DNA of 64,000 nt, taken from contig CBDCLS010000005.1 in NCBI GenBank assembly GCA_965218775.1, positions 961,263-1,025,262 on the forward strand. The letters run 5' to 3'. Below, piece after piece: positions 51,592 to 59,734 of this stretch (position 1 is the stretch's first letter; every line of letters starts with the position of its first letter). The DNA is from Acidobacteriota bacterium. GTDB taxonomy: Bacteria; Acidobacteriota; UBA6911; RPQK01; JAJDTT01. Below the pieces are notes generated by a model that was not told the origin of the DNA, did no database searches, and worked only from the letters and a program-made list of their open reading frames with translations. The translations under genes were made by a program, and so were the position numbers.

Positions 51592-52284
51592 CTAGGGCTG
51601 CAGGGAAAAGCGAAACTCTACGCGACGGTTCTTCTCTCGATTTTCCGGGCCGTCGTTGGCAGCTAACGGGCGGGTGTCGGCATAGCCCCCGGCGACCAGT
51701 CTGTCAGCGGGGACTTCGCATCCCTCGACCAAGAACCGGATGACCGCCGTCGCCCGAGCTGACGACAACTCCCAGTTGGAGGCGTAGCGAGAAGTTTTAA
51801 TGGGCACGTCATCAGTGTGTCCGTCGACTCTGAGGGTCATCGAAGGTTTGCGTTTAATGAGTTCCGCGATCTTTTTCAAATGTGGGTGCATTTCTGGTTT
51901 TAGCTCAGCCTCGCCCGAGTCATACAGGACTTTTCCGGGCACGCTGAGGAGCACGACCTTTCCCTTATTTGATTCGGATTTGGGAAAGGAATTGGGTATC
52001 AGTGATTGGAGCTCCTTCAGCAGCGTTTGTTGAGCGCTATGGTTTACCAGGACGGGAGTTCCCTGGCCAGGAACAGTCGTGAAATTCGAGTCCCTGGACG
52101 TCCCAAAGGCATCCTTGATCGAACCGATGAAAAGCCGGTACTTGGTAGAGTCCACCTGGGAAAAGGAGAGCAACAGGGCAAAGAAGCAGAGCAGCAGCGT
52201 CATCATATCGGCGAACGTCACCATCCAGGCGGGAGCGCCGGCGTCCTGTTCTTGCAGTGGTGGCTTGGGCCGATTAGTGGGCAT
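51592..52284 (-). CDS. motB: MotB/OmpA-family protein (MotB-like TM/plug + OmpA-like peptidoglycan-binding domain); no adjacent motA
   Basis: PAWMVTFADMMTLLLCFF (MotB N-terminal TM), C-terminal OmpA-like NWELSSARA..V..L. ATG at 52284 (MPTNRPKPP) is preceded by GGAAGGA. Confidence 0.7.
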   Translation of the reverse strand: MPTNRPKPPLQEQDAGAPAWMVTFADMMTLLLCFFALLLSFSQVDSTKYRLFIGSIKDAFGTSRDSNFTTVPGQGTPVLVNHSAQQTLLKELQSLIPNSFPKSESNKGKVVLLSVPGKVLYDSGEAELKPEMHPHLKKIAELIKRKPSMTLRVDGHTDDVPIKTSRYASNWELSSARATAVIRFLVEGCEVPADRLVAGGYADTRPLAANDGPENREKNRRVEFRFSLQP

Positions 52285-52518
52285 TATGTTCCTTCCCAAA
52301 GCTCGAACAAGGTCAACGTCGCCTCTTGAACTTCTCCTTCAAACCAGGTGTGGCCACTCTTCGATTGTGAATCATGGGCGCATGTTGTCATCTGCGCCCG
52401 AGGTTTGCGCGCAACCTCAGGTGTCCGAACCTGGCGCAAATCTGAACGCCAATTCGGCGCAATCACTTTTGAGCCAACTCCTAAACTATGGTTTCGGTAA
52501 AAACCTGTGAGCCCTTTA

Positions 52519-52706
52519 GCCCGCATTTCTCATCGCCAGTCTACTAGGGCGCCGCAATCATCCGTACGCCGCCCGTCCTGGCTGTGTTATGCTCGGTCGG
52601 CCTCCTCGGCGTACTGCACGAGTACGACTGCGGAGACCTCGGTCGCAAGCCTTGCCAGGACGGCGCTTGCGCCGCCTCGCTACGACTGGCGATGAGAAAT
52701 CCGGGC
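52519..52706. repeat. MITE family B, full copy 1 (188 bp) with 23-bp terminal inverted repeats
   Basis: Starts gcccgcatttctcatcgccagtc and ends gactggcgatgagaaatccgggc. The TIRs differ at one position (gcccGc vs gcccGg... in reverse complement). Its last base is the first base of the Rieske gene stop codon. Confidence 0.75.
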
Positions 52707-53107
52707 TAGGGCTTGGGCAGAGAGTCGGGATGTTGGACCAGTATGGAGCCCTCCCGGACCCGAAGGGGGAAGGTGGGCACTTGGGCTCGGGAGTCCACCA
52801 GGCAGCGGCCGGTTTTGATGTCGAACTCCCACAGGTGCCAGGGGCAGCGGATTACCTCGCCATCGCGTTCGTAGGTCAGAGCCTGCTCCCGGGCGCTAGG
52901 GGGGCGAACGGCAACCATTCGGCCGCTGACCCTCCCAGTGCAGAGTGGGCCTCCCTTGTGAGGATAAACATTGCGAAGCGCATAGAATCGCCCCTGGATA
53001 TTGAAGATCCCGATGCCTGCCTTGCCTCGAAAAGGAACGACGATCTTCCGTTGGCCCGGAGGGATCTCGCTGGTTCTAGCGACTTCGACCCACTTGACCC
53101 GGCGCAA
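52706..53107 (-). CDS. Rieske [2Fe-2S] domain protein (ferredoxin-type)
   Basis: CPHKGGPL (CxH) and CPWHLWEF (CxxH) boxes; 133 aa. Confidence 0.8.
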   Translation of the reverse strand: MRRVKWVEVARTSEIPPGQRKIVVPFRGKAGIGIFNIQGRFYALRNVYPHKGGPLCTGRVSGRMVAVRPPSAREQALTYERDGEVIRCPWHLWEFDIKTGRCLVDSRAQVPTFPLRVREGSILVQHPDSLPKP

Positions 53108-53140
53108 ACTGTCCTCTCTAAGAAGTTCTCTTGGGAGAGC

Positions 53141-54286
53141 TCACGAATCGTTCCCCAGACAGAACAGCTCCCGTGCGTTGTCCACAAAGATCCTCTGATG
53201 GAGCTTCGGGGGGAGCTTCGGCAGCGTTGTGACGGGGTCGTCCCAATCGAAATGGGGCCAGTCGGAACAGTAGAGGAGCGTCTCTTCGGCATGCATCTCT
53301 TCGAGCAGCCCCATCAAATCAGCGCGTCGCTCAGGCTCGGCAAAGGGCTGGGATCCCACCCGGATGTGCTGGCGAAAATACTCACTCGGCAGCTTCTTGA
53401 CCCAAGGGGTTTGTTCACGCAGGGATTTCCAATCGGCGTCCATCTTCCAAAGGAAGCCTGGAACCCAGAATTGATCCACTTCCAACACCGCGAACTGGAG
53501 CCTGGGAAACCTCTCAAAGACGCCTTCACAGATGAGGGATGCGCAATGGGCCATCGCCATCGACGATCGGGCGGCGCGGTTCTCCAGGTAATAGGTTGGA
53601 TACCCCACACCGGTAGGCGATCCTGCCATCCCTGTGCCTTCAGCCCCGGGGTGAATGCATGCCACCAGTCGGTGCTCCTGGCAGGCCTGCCAGATGGGAT
53701 GATAGAACCGGTTGCCGTAAGGCATCTGGGCCCCCGTGGGCACAACGATCGCAACCACATCGGGCTGACCTCCCAAACGGTGGATCTCTTGAACGGCTAG
53801 ATAGGGATCTGAACAGGAGGTAGCCAGAGCAAGTCTCAGTCGTTTGTCACGGCTGGTCCAGTTCTCCCGGGACCAATCGTTGGCGGCGCTGCAAAGGGCG
53901 GCAGCATAATCCGGATCTGGAATGATTGAGGCCGAATACATGGTTTCACCCGTCAACACTGCGTACTCAACATTCCAGACATCGAGGTAATGTTCTTTTA
54001 GTCTCTTGTAGTCCCAATTCTGATTGCCACCATGATGCCCGTCCTGGTTGAATTCCTGTGCTAGATCCGTCCGCGCCGCCCTCCCTGCTACGTTGAGGTA
54101 GCCGGAATTGACCAGAGGGAAACCGTAGTCCGCGACGCGCTCCTGGTAAGCCCGCGGGAGATACGGAATCAAGTCGTCGCGGTTCCGGGGCACCTGATGG
54201 ACATCACAGTCGATAAGACTTATGGACTGTGTCGGTTTGGCCGTCCACCCCGGTGCGGCGACAGGCTTTGCCCCAGGAAGGTTCAT
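53141..54286 (-). CDS. Amidohydrolase-2 family metal-dependent hydrolase/decarboxylase-like
   Basis: N-terminal IDCDVH (HxH-type metal site), ...IHPG..., and TIM-barrel pattern; 381 aa. Confidence 0.7.
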   Translation of the reverse strand: MNLPGAKPVAAPGWTAKPTQSISLIDCDVHQVPRNRDDLIPYLPRAYQERVADYGFPLVNSGYLNVAGRAARTDLAQEFNQDGHHGGNQNWDYKRLKEHYLDVWNVEYAVLTGETMYSASIIPDPDYAAALCSAANDWSRENWTSRDKRLRLALATSCSDPYLAVQEIHRLGGQPDVVAIVVPTGAQMPYGNRFYHPIWQACQEHRLVACIHPGAEGTGMAGSPTGVGYPTYYLENRAARSSMAMAHCASLICEGVFERFPRLQFAVLEVDQFWVPGFLWKMDADWKSLREQTPWVKKLPSEYFRQHIRVGSQPFAEPERRADLMGLLEEMHAEETLLYCSDWPHFDWDDPVTTLPKLPPKLHQRIFVDNARELFCLGNDS

Positions 54287-54679
54287 GGTGATATTCGAGT
54301 TGCCCCTGTGGGTAAGACTACACCCGGCGCGCCCGGGGCTTCAAGCTTGAGATTCCGTCTGTGACTGAACGGCGGTTTCACGGGGATTTGAGAAACCGCG
54401 ATTCGACTTTTCGGAGCCGGAAGAATCTGTGGGAGATGAAGTCAGCGATCTTAGTACCGCACTTCATAAATACGGTACTTAGAGCTGATCAGAGCCGTGA
54501 CCGCAAAGAGTGGACGACCGCAGAATCTGTCCTGCTGGCGGCCGCCAAGGAGCTGTCTCACGTGCGTAGCTTCAGTCTTACCAATGCGATATGATAAATT
54601 AGGGATCGCGGTTGAGCTGAGGCAGGGCACCTCACGAGGGTGGTCCGGGTGCTTCCCTATCCCGACAGAGTGGAGGTCG

Positions 54680-55405
54680 ATGGCACACCCGAACGGCTCG
54701 CTAGCTTTCATCAGGCGCACGGTCCTTGTTCTGCTCATCTTTTTGAATTTCTCCGTGGCCCTGATGGCGATGGAAACAGTCCTGGAAAAGGATTTCCGGG
54801 ATTGGACGCTTGCCGAGGCGGTCGAGATTCTCAACCAATCCTCCTGGGCTCAACAGCGCACCTTCACCCGGGTTGTGGCTGGGATTGGCAGCGGGGTCCT
54901 CGGTGAAAAAGAGATTTTCAATACCTTTTTTGTGCGGTTTTTGTCGGCCGAACCGATACGTAAGGCCCTCGTTCGCGTTCAGCAGATCCAGCAGGGGTAC
55001 GACCAGATGGGTGAAGACGAGCGGAAGCGTTTCGAGACCCTCGCGTCTCCCGGTCTGGAGCTGGATGTGAGTCAATGGATCGTCGTGAGCCTGACTTTTC
55101 GCTCCAACAATCCCCGTCAGGAGCGTCGCGTGGAGAGGTTTCTGGATGCCCAGACCGTTGAAACCATGAAGGCAAGAGCGTTTCTTTCCACCGACCGTCT
55201 CAGCCAAGTTGAGCTGGCGGCCTATTTCCCGCCGCGACGGGATGGAGTGGGGGCTAAGTTTGTGTTTCCACGGCAACTTTCGGGGGAGCCGATTATATCG
55301 AAAGAAGAGAGTTCCGTGACCTTTGAAGCCAATCTTCCAACTCAGCGACTTCGGGTCACTTTTCCCGTGTCAGAAATGCTTCTCAATGGTGAGTTGACCC
55401 TTTGA
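54680..55405 (+). CDS. Hypothetical secreted protein, translationally coupled to the downstream TonB-dependent receptor
   Basis: ATG at 54680 is preceded by GGAGG. Signal peptide LVLLIFLNFSVALMA. The stop TGA (55403-55405) overlaps the TTG start (55402) of the next gene (TTGA). Confidence 0.4.
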   Translation: MAHPNGSLAFIRRTVLVLLIFLNFSVALMAMETVLEKDFRDWTLAEAVEILNQSSWAQQRTFTRVVAGIGSGVLGEKEIFNTFFVRFLSAEPIRKALVRVQQIQQGYDQMGEDERKRFETLASPGLELDVSQWIVVSLTFRSNNPRQERRVERFLDAQTVETMKARAFLSTDRLSQVELAAYFPPRRDGVGAKFVFPRQLSGEPIISKEESSVTFEANLPTQRLRVTFPVSEMLLNGELTL

Positions 55406-58374
55406 AAAAAGCATCCGGAAGAATCTTACTACAGCTACTGACTTCCTGGATCTTGACTTGTACCTGGGGCTTTGGTGGGGTGACTGGCACGGTAATTGGC
55501 CGGGTCCTCGATGCTGCCGGCCAGCCGGCAGCTGAGGTCAACGTCAGCATTGTCCAGGAAGAGACGGAGCGACGCATCAACACCCGAACGGATGGCGATG
55601 GTCATTTCCGGGTTGAGCTTGACGCAGGCGGATATGCCATTTCAGTCGAGGAGGAGAAGCAGTCCTCGGCGCCTGCCAGGGTCAGTCTCCGAGCCGGTGA
55701 GGAGCGCCGACTGGTTGTCCACCTTTCAGCGGCGCAAGATGGAGCTGCCGGCCGAATCGATGGGGGGCCAGAATCAGCTGGGTTCGGCTCTCGAACCAAT
55801 ACCAGGGGGCAGAGTTCGGACAGCGAGAATCCTTCTCTGGCAGCCATCAGGGACTATCAGATTGGTCTGGGCGGTTTTCAACCAACGGCATCCACAGGCA
55901 AGACCCTGGCCGAGATCGTCAATCCGTTTCCTGCCAAGAAGCAAGGTAGGTTTCACGGAGCGATTTATGAGTTCCACCGAAACGACAATTTCGATGCTCG
56001 AAATTTTTTCGATCCGCTGGGGCGGAGGCTTCCAGAATATAAACGCAACCAGTTCGGAGCGAGCCTCGGTACTACGGTCAGACAGAATCTGAGCTTTTTC
56101 GGATCGTATGAGGGTTTGAGGATCATCAAGGGATCGACGCTGCTTTCCCACGTGCCGACTGCGGATATGAAGCGGGGAGACTTTAGCGCCCTGGGGACCG
56201 AGTTGAGGGACCCGCTTACTGGCGAACCCCTTCCGGGTAATCGGATTCCGGGAGGCCGGATCCATCCCGTCGCCAACAAGCTGTTGGAGGTGCTGCCTGA
56301 CCCCAACCAGAGCGATCCCGATCGAAATTTTCTCAACAACCAGCCGACTGTTCGCCACCAGGATTCGTACTCCTTCAGATTCGACTACCAGCGAGATGAA
56401 GATTCGAAGATCTATTTCCAGTACGCCCTGACTGATGCCGATCGAGTCGATGCTCATCCCTTGCCTGATTTTGGTACCGATCGAACGATCCTCAGCCAAT
56501 ACACCACCGTCACTTACAACCGTACCGTCGGCAGCCGACTGGTGACCGAGGGCCGACTGACCTTCAGTCGGTATCTGAGCCAGATGCTCTCTAAGAACTC
56601 GGGCCGGGAAGGACTCCTTGACTCTCTTGGAATTGCAGGTCTGGATACGGATGATCCAATTCAAGAGGGCTATCCTGAGTTTTCGTTGAACGAATACGCC
56701 TCGTTCGGGGATCAGCGCTCTCCCTACAAGTGGCTTAGTAACCGACTCTCCTTTGACGGCTCGGCAACCTATGCCATCGGGGGACACACTTTGAGGATGG
56801 GAGGCGATATCGTAGGGCGACAGGTCAACGATACTCGAATCGAGGGGATGGGACGGGGGAGACTGGTTTTCAACGGTTACTATACCGGAGATGCCTTCGC
56901 CGACTTTCTTTTCGGTCTTCCGGACACTGCCTATCGACCGGTGGGCTCTGAGCGGACGGATCTACGAAAAAAGAGCTGGCGGTTGTCACTTCGGGACCAG
57001 TGGAGAGTGAATCCCCAGATTTCCTTGACGATTGGGGTCGCCTACCGTTACGCGCCTCCGTATCGATCCGTGTCCGACAATGTCTCAGGGTTCTTTCCTC
57101 TACTCTTCGAGCCGCCTATGGATGGTGAGATCGTCATCGCTGGAAGCCAGGAGGCCCAACGGCTAGGCCTGGAGCGGGCGGGTGACGGAGGGCTGGTTTT
57201 CCCCGATCGGAACGATTGGGCCCCGGAGTTGGGGTTGGCGTACAGTCCCTTTGGGAACAACCAACTGGTCCTGCGAAGTTCCTACACCATTCACTACGCG
57301 TCGGCCAATTCGAGCCACTACGCTCGCTACCTGAATAAGAACTTCCCCTTCTACTATGTCGAGAGCGCCGAGGCTCCCGTAGACAGTCCCGACCTGGATT
57401 TAGGTAATCCCTTTGAATACATTGCCCCGACGGAACTCACGGTTCGGGGTCTGGAGACCACTCTCAGAAACCCTTATGTGCAGCGATGGCTGCTGACGAT
57501 GCAGGGCGAGATCAATCAGTACTGGAATCTAGAAGCCTCCTACAGGGGGCGCAAAGGCAGTCATATGTTCCGGACTCTAGCGAGCAATGTTCCGCTGCCC
57601 GACTCGGGTCCATTGCAACCCCGGAGGCCGAACCCCGAGTTCGGACTCTTCCGGATCCTGACCAGTGGGGGTTCCCTGAGCAGCCACCAACTCGACCTGG
57701 CTGCTGAGCGCCGCCTCAGCGAGGGGCTGTCCCTGAAATCCGGTCTTACCTGGACCCGTTCTCTCGACGATGTCTTCAGTGATCCTTCCAATCCGCGCGA
57801 TCTTCGCTCGGAAAAGGCTCGTACCGGGTACATCCCAGAGCGGCGGTTCTTCCTCAATTACATTATTGAGCTTCCCCCTGGTCGAAGTCGCAGCCTCGAT
57901 GCTGAAGGGGGAAGCCTGACTCGTCAGCTGCTGCACGGTTGGCGTCTGTCGGGTATTACCTACATTCAGGATGGGACTCCCTTTAGCGCTCTGCTAGCGG
58001 GAGATGCGAACAACGATGGTGTCGACCAGGATCGTCCGGATATCCTCGGCTCCACCTCTGTGGATTCCTCGGATCAAACCGTCGATCACTGGTTTTCAAC
58101 GGAGGCCTTTGCCCAACCCGATCCCTTTTCCTTTGGAGACGCCGGGCGCAACATTCTGGTAGGTCCCGGGTATCAGAAGTGGGATGTCAGCATGATCAAG
58201 CAGACTCGGCTCTCGAACGGCGACTTCGTGGAGCTAAGAGTGCAGTTGTTCAACGCCTTCAATCACGCGAATTTCCGCAGACCGAATGCGGTATACGGGA
58301 ACACCCTCTTCGGCAAGATTTTCGGAGCACGCCGCGCGCGAGAAATAGAAGTGGCGCTCAAGTACTCCTTCTGA
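55402..58374 (+). CDS. TonB-dependent receptor-like outer-membrane protein with N-terminal carboxypeptidase-regulatory-like (CarboxypepD_reg) domain
   Basis: Signal peptide; GTVIGRVLDAAGQP..VNVSI (CarboxypepD_reg-like); ~990 aa, rich in beta-strand-type alternating patterns; terminal ...EVALKYSF (C-terminal Phe of OMP beta-barrels). TTG start. Confidence 0.7.
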   Translation: MKKASGRILLQLLTSWILTCTWGFGGVTGTVIGRVLDAAGQPAAEVNVSIVQEETERRINTRTDGDGHFRVELDAGGYAISVEEEKQSSAPARVSLRAGEERRLVVHLSAAQDGAAGRIDGGPESAGFGSRTNTRGQSSDSENPSLAAIRDYQIGLGGFQPTASTGKTLAEIVNPFPAKKQGRFHGAIYEFHRNDNFDARNFFDPLGRRLPEYKRNQFGASLGTTVRQNLSFFGSYEGLRIIKGSTLLSHVPTADMKRGDFSALGTELRDPLTGEPLPGNRIPGGRIHPVANKLLEVLPDPNQSDPDRNFLNNQPTVRHQDSYSFRFDYQRDEDSKIYFQYALTDADRVDAHPLPDFGTDRTILSQYTTVTYNRTVGSRLVTEGRLTFSRYLSQMLSKNSGREGLLDSLGIAGLDTDDPIQEGYPEFSLNEYASFGDQRSPYKWLSNRLSFDGSATYAIGGHTLRMGGDIVGRQVNDTRIEGMGRGRLVFNGYYTGDAFADFLFGLPDTAYRPVGSERTDLRKKSWRLSLRDQWRVNPQISLTIGVAYRYAPPYRSVSDNVSGFFPLLFEPPMDGEIVIAGSQEAQRLGLERAGDGGLVFPDRNDWAPELGLAYSPFGNNQLVLRSSYTIHYASANSSHYARYLNKNFPFYYVESAEAPVDSPDLDLGNPFEYIAPTELTVRGLETTLRNPYVQRWLLTMQGEINQYWNLEASYRGRKGSHMFRTLASNVPLPDSGPLQPRRPNPEFGLFRILTSGGSLSSHQLDLAAERRLSEGLSLKSGLTWTRSLDDVFSDPSNPRDLRSEKARTGYIPERRFFLNYIIELPPGRSRSLDAEGGSLTRQLLHGWRLSGITYIQDGTPFSALLAGDANNDGVDQDRPDILGSTSVDSSDQTVDHWFSTEAFAQPDPFSFGDAGRNILVGPGYQKWDVSMIKQTRLSNGDFVELRVQLFNAFNHANFRRPNAVYGNTLFGKIFGARRAREIEVALKYSF

Positions 58375-58616
58375 GAACGCTTCGATTCCAAAGTCACTTC
58401 CGGTAAGAATCCGCCAACCGATCCACCCCAACCAGCCTGGATAAGAAACGAAACACCGGCGCCTCGAACGGCACCCATCGCCGGTGCATGAAGCGGGTGC
58501 CAAGGAGAGAGCGGCCACTCAGCCAAAGACGTCTGTCCCTAGAGAGCCCTAGGGTGTCCTTTGGGTCTGACTCGGAGGGAGCCGTCTAGATGATTATCAA
58601 GTTTGCGAAGAAATTT

Positions 58617-58757
58617 CCCGTGCCTTTGCCCGTGCCTTTGCCCGCGCCCGTGCCCGTGCCCGTGCCCGTGCCCTGGGTCTTCCCACAATCGTTGGGCCTG
58701 GATGAGAAAGAGGAACTCGGGCACGGGCGCGGGCAAAGGCACAGGCAAGGGTAAGAA
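58617..58757. repeat. Hexamer microsatellite palindrome: (CCCGTG/CCTTTG)n arm, ~53-bp spacer, inverted (GGCACG/GGCAAA)n arm
   Basis: cccgtgcctttgcccgtgcctttgcccgcgcccgtgcccgtgcccgtgcccgtgccc ... gggcacgggcgcgggcaaaggcacaggcaaggg. Confidence 0.7.
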
Positions 58758-58940
58758 AAGGACTCAGCACACACAAACGTCCTCGGCGGTAGAGGTTGCT
58801 CGCTAGCCCTTGGTCCCTAGCCCTTGATGTCCAACCGCCCATCGTTCTCCAAGACCAGCTCACTACTATGAGGCTCACAGGGGGTTGGTAGTCCTGTGGA
58901 ACCTTACCGGCCGTGGTACACTCAGATTACACGGACCGAA

Positions 58941-59687
58941 ATGAGCTATTTCTTGCGACTGTGGGCTGCGTTCTCCCTGACTCTTCCCTCGCTGCTAGCC
59001 ATCTCTTGTGCTCTTTCCGCGCCTAGCGAAGCCTCGCAGAGCGAAGAGGACTACAAGCGGCTTCGGGAGCAAATGGTAGCTTCCCAGTTGAAAGCTCGTG
59101 ACATTTGGGAACGCAGCGTTTTGAAGGCGATGCAGGCAGTCCCACGGCACCTCTTTGTGCCAGAGAGAATCCGGCCTCACGCCTACCAGGATCACCCTCT
59201 TCCTATCGGCGAAGATCAGACAATCTCTCAACCCTACATCGTGGCCCTGATGACGCAGCTTGCTGCTCCCAAGAAGCACTTTCGTGCTCTGGAGGTCGGC
59301 ACCGGATCGGGGTATCAGGCTGCAGTCCTGGCAGAACTGGTCAACGAGGTCTACACCATCGAGATCGTTCCACTGCTTGCGGAACGCTCCCGGAAGGTTC
59401 TCGCAGAGCTGGGCTACACCAATGTCCATGCGCGGCAAGGGGATGGCTATCGGGGCTGGCCAGAAAAGGCTCCTTTCGACTTGATCCTGGTCACAGCCGC
59501 ACCGGGAAGGATTCCCGAGCCCCTCAAGGAACAGCTTGCCGAAGGAGGTAGGTTGGTGATCCCGGTGGGAGAGACCTATGGGATCCAGCGGTTGATGCTG
59601 GTTACCCGAGAGAAGGACAGGTTTGAAGAGGAAGTAGTTACTAGTGTTCGCTTCGTCCCCATGACTGGCGAGGTCCAGAGGCAGTAG
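58941..59687 (+). CDS. pcm: Protein-L-isoaspartate O-methyltransferase (with N-terminal signal-like segment)
   Basis: VPRHLFVPE, ISQPYIVALM, LEVGTGSGYQAAVLA (SAM-binding), and LIVTAA motifs. ATG at 58941. Confidence 0.85.
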   Translation: MSYFLRLWAAFSLTLPSLLAISCALSAPSEASQSEEDYKRLREQMVASQLKARDIWERSVLKAMQAVPRHLFVPERIRPHAYQDHPLPIGEDQTISQPYIVALMTQLAAPKKHFRALEVGTGSGYQAAVLAELVNEVYTIEIVPLLAERSRKVLAELGYTNVHARQGDGYRGWPEKAPFDLILVTAAPGRIPEPLKEQLAEGGRLVIPVGETYGIQRLMLVTREKDRFEEEVVTSVRFVPMTGEVQRQ

Positions 59688-59734
59688 CGATTGGTCGATC
59701 AGGGCGTTGCACTCGAAGCAGCGGGGAACGGTTC

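Noticed and set aside
52589-53800. 403-aa '+' ORF starting inside MITE copy 1 and running antisense through the Rieske and amidohydrolase genes; also 60784-61122 and 52507-52695 ORFs through MITE copies.
   Set aside because: The N-termini are encoded by repeat sequence. The same peptide (RRTARVRLR.PRSQAL...) recurs wherever the MITE occurs, which is an artefact of translating a repeat.
54361-54594. 77-aa ORF in the divergent intergenic region between the amidohydrolase and the small secreted protein gene.
   Set aside because: No RBS, no motif, and it lies in a probable bidirectional promoter region. Likely noncoding.
58454-58486. Hairpin caccggcg-N15-cgccggtg about 80 bp downstream of the TonB-dependent receptor gene, as a possible intrinsic terminator.
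   Set aside because: No following U-tract. An 8-bp GC stem could arise by chance in 60% GC DNA. Not called.
58617-58757. Possible CRISPR array, because of regularly spaced short repeats.
   Set aside because: Units are 6 bp in tandem without unique spacers. There are no ~30-bp repeats alternating with spacers and no cas genes. It is a microsatellite palindrome, not CRISPR.
58586-58806. ORFs encoding (CP)n / (GTGK)n low-complexity peptides over the hexamer palindrome; and 498-713 at the first hexamer locus.
   Set aside because: Translation of a microsatellite. Both strands give equally open frames. No start context. Not a plausible gene.
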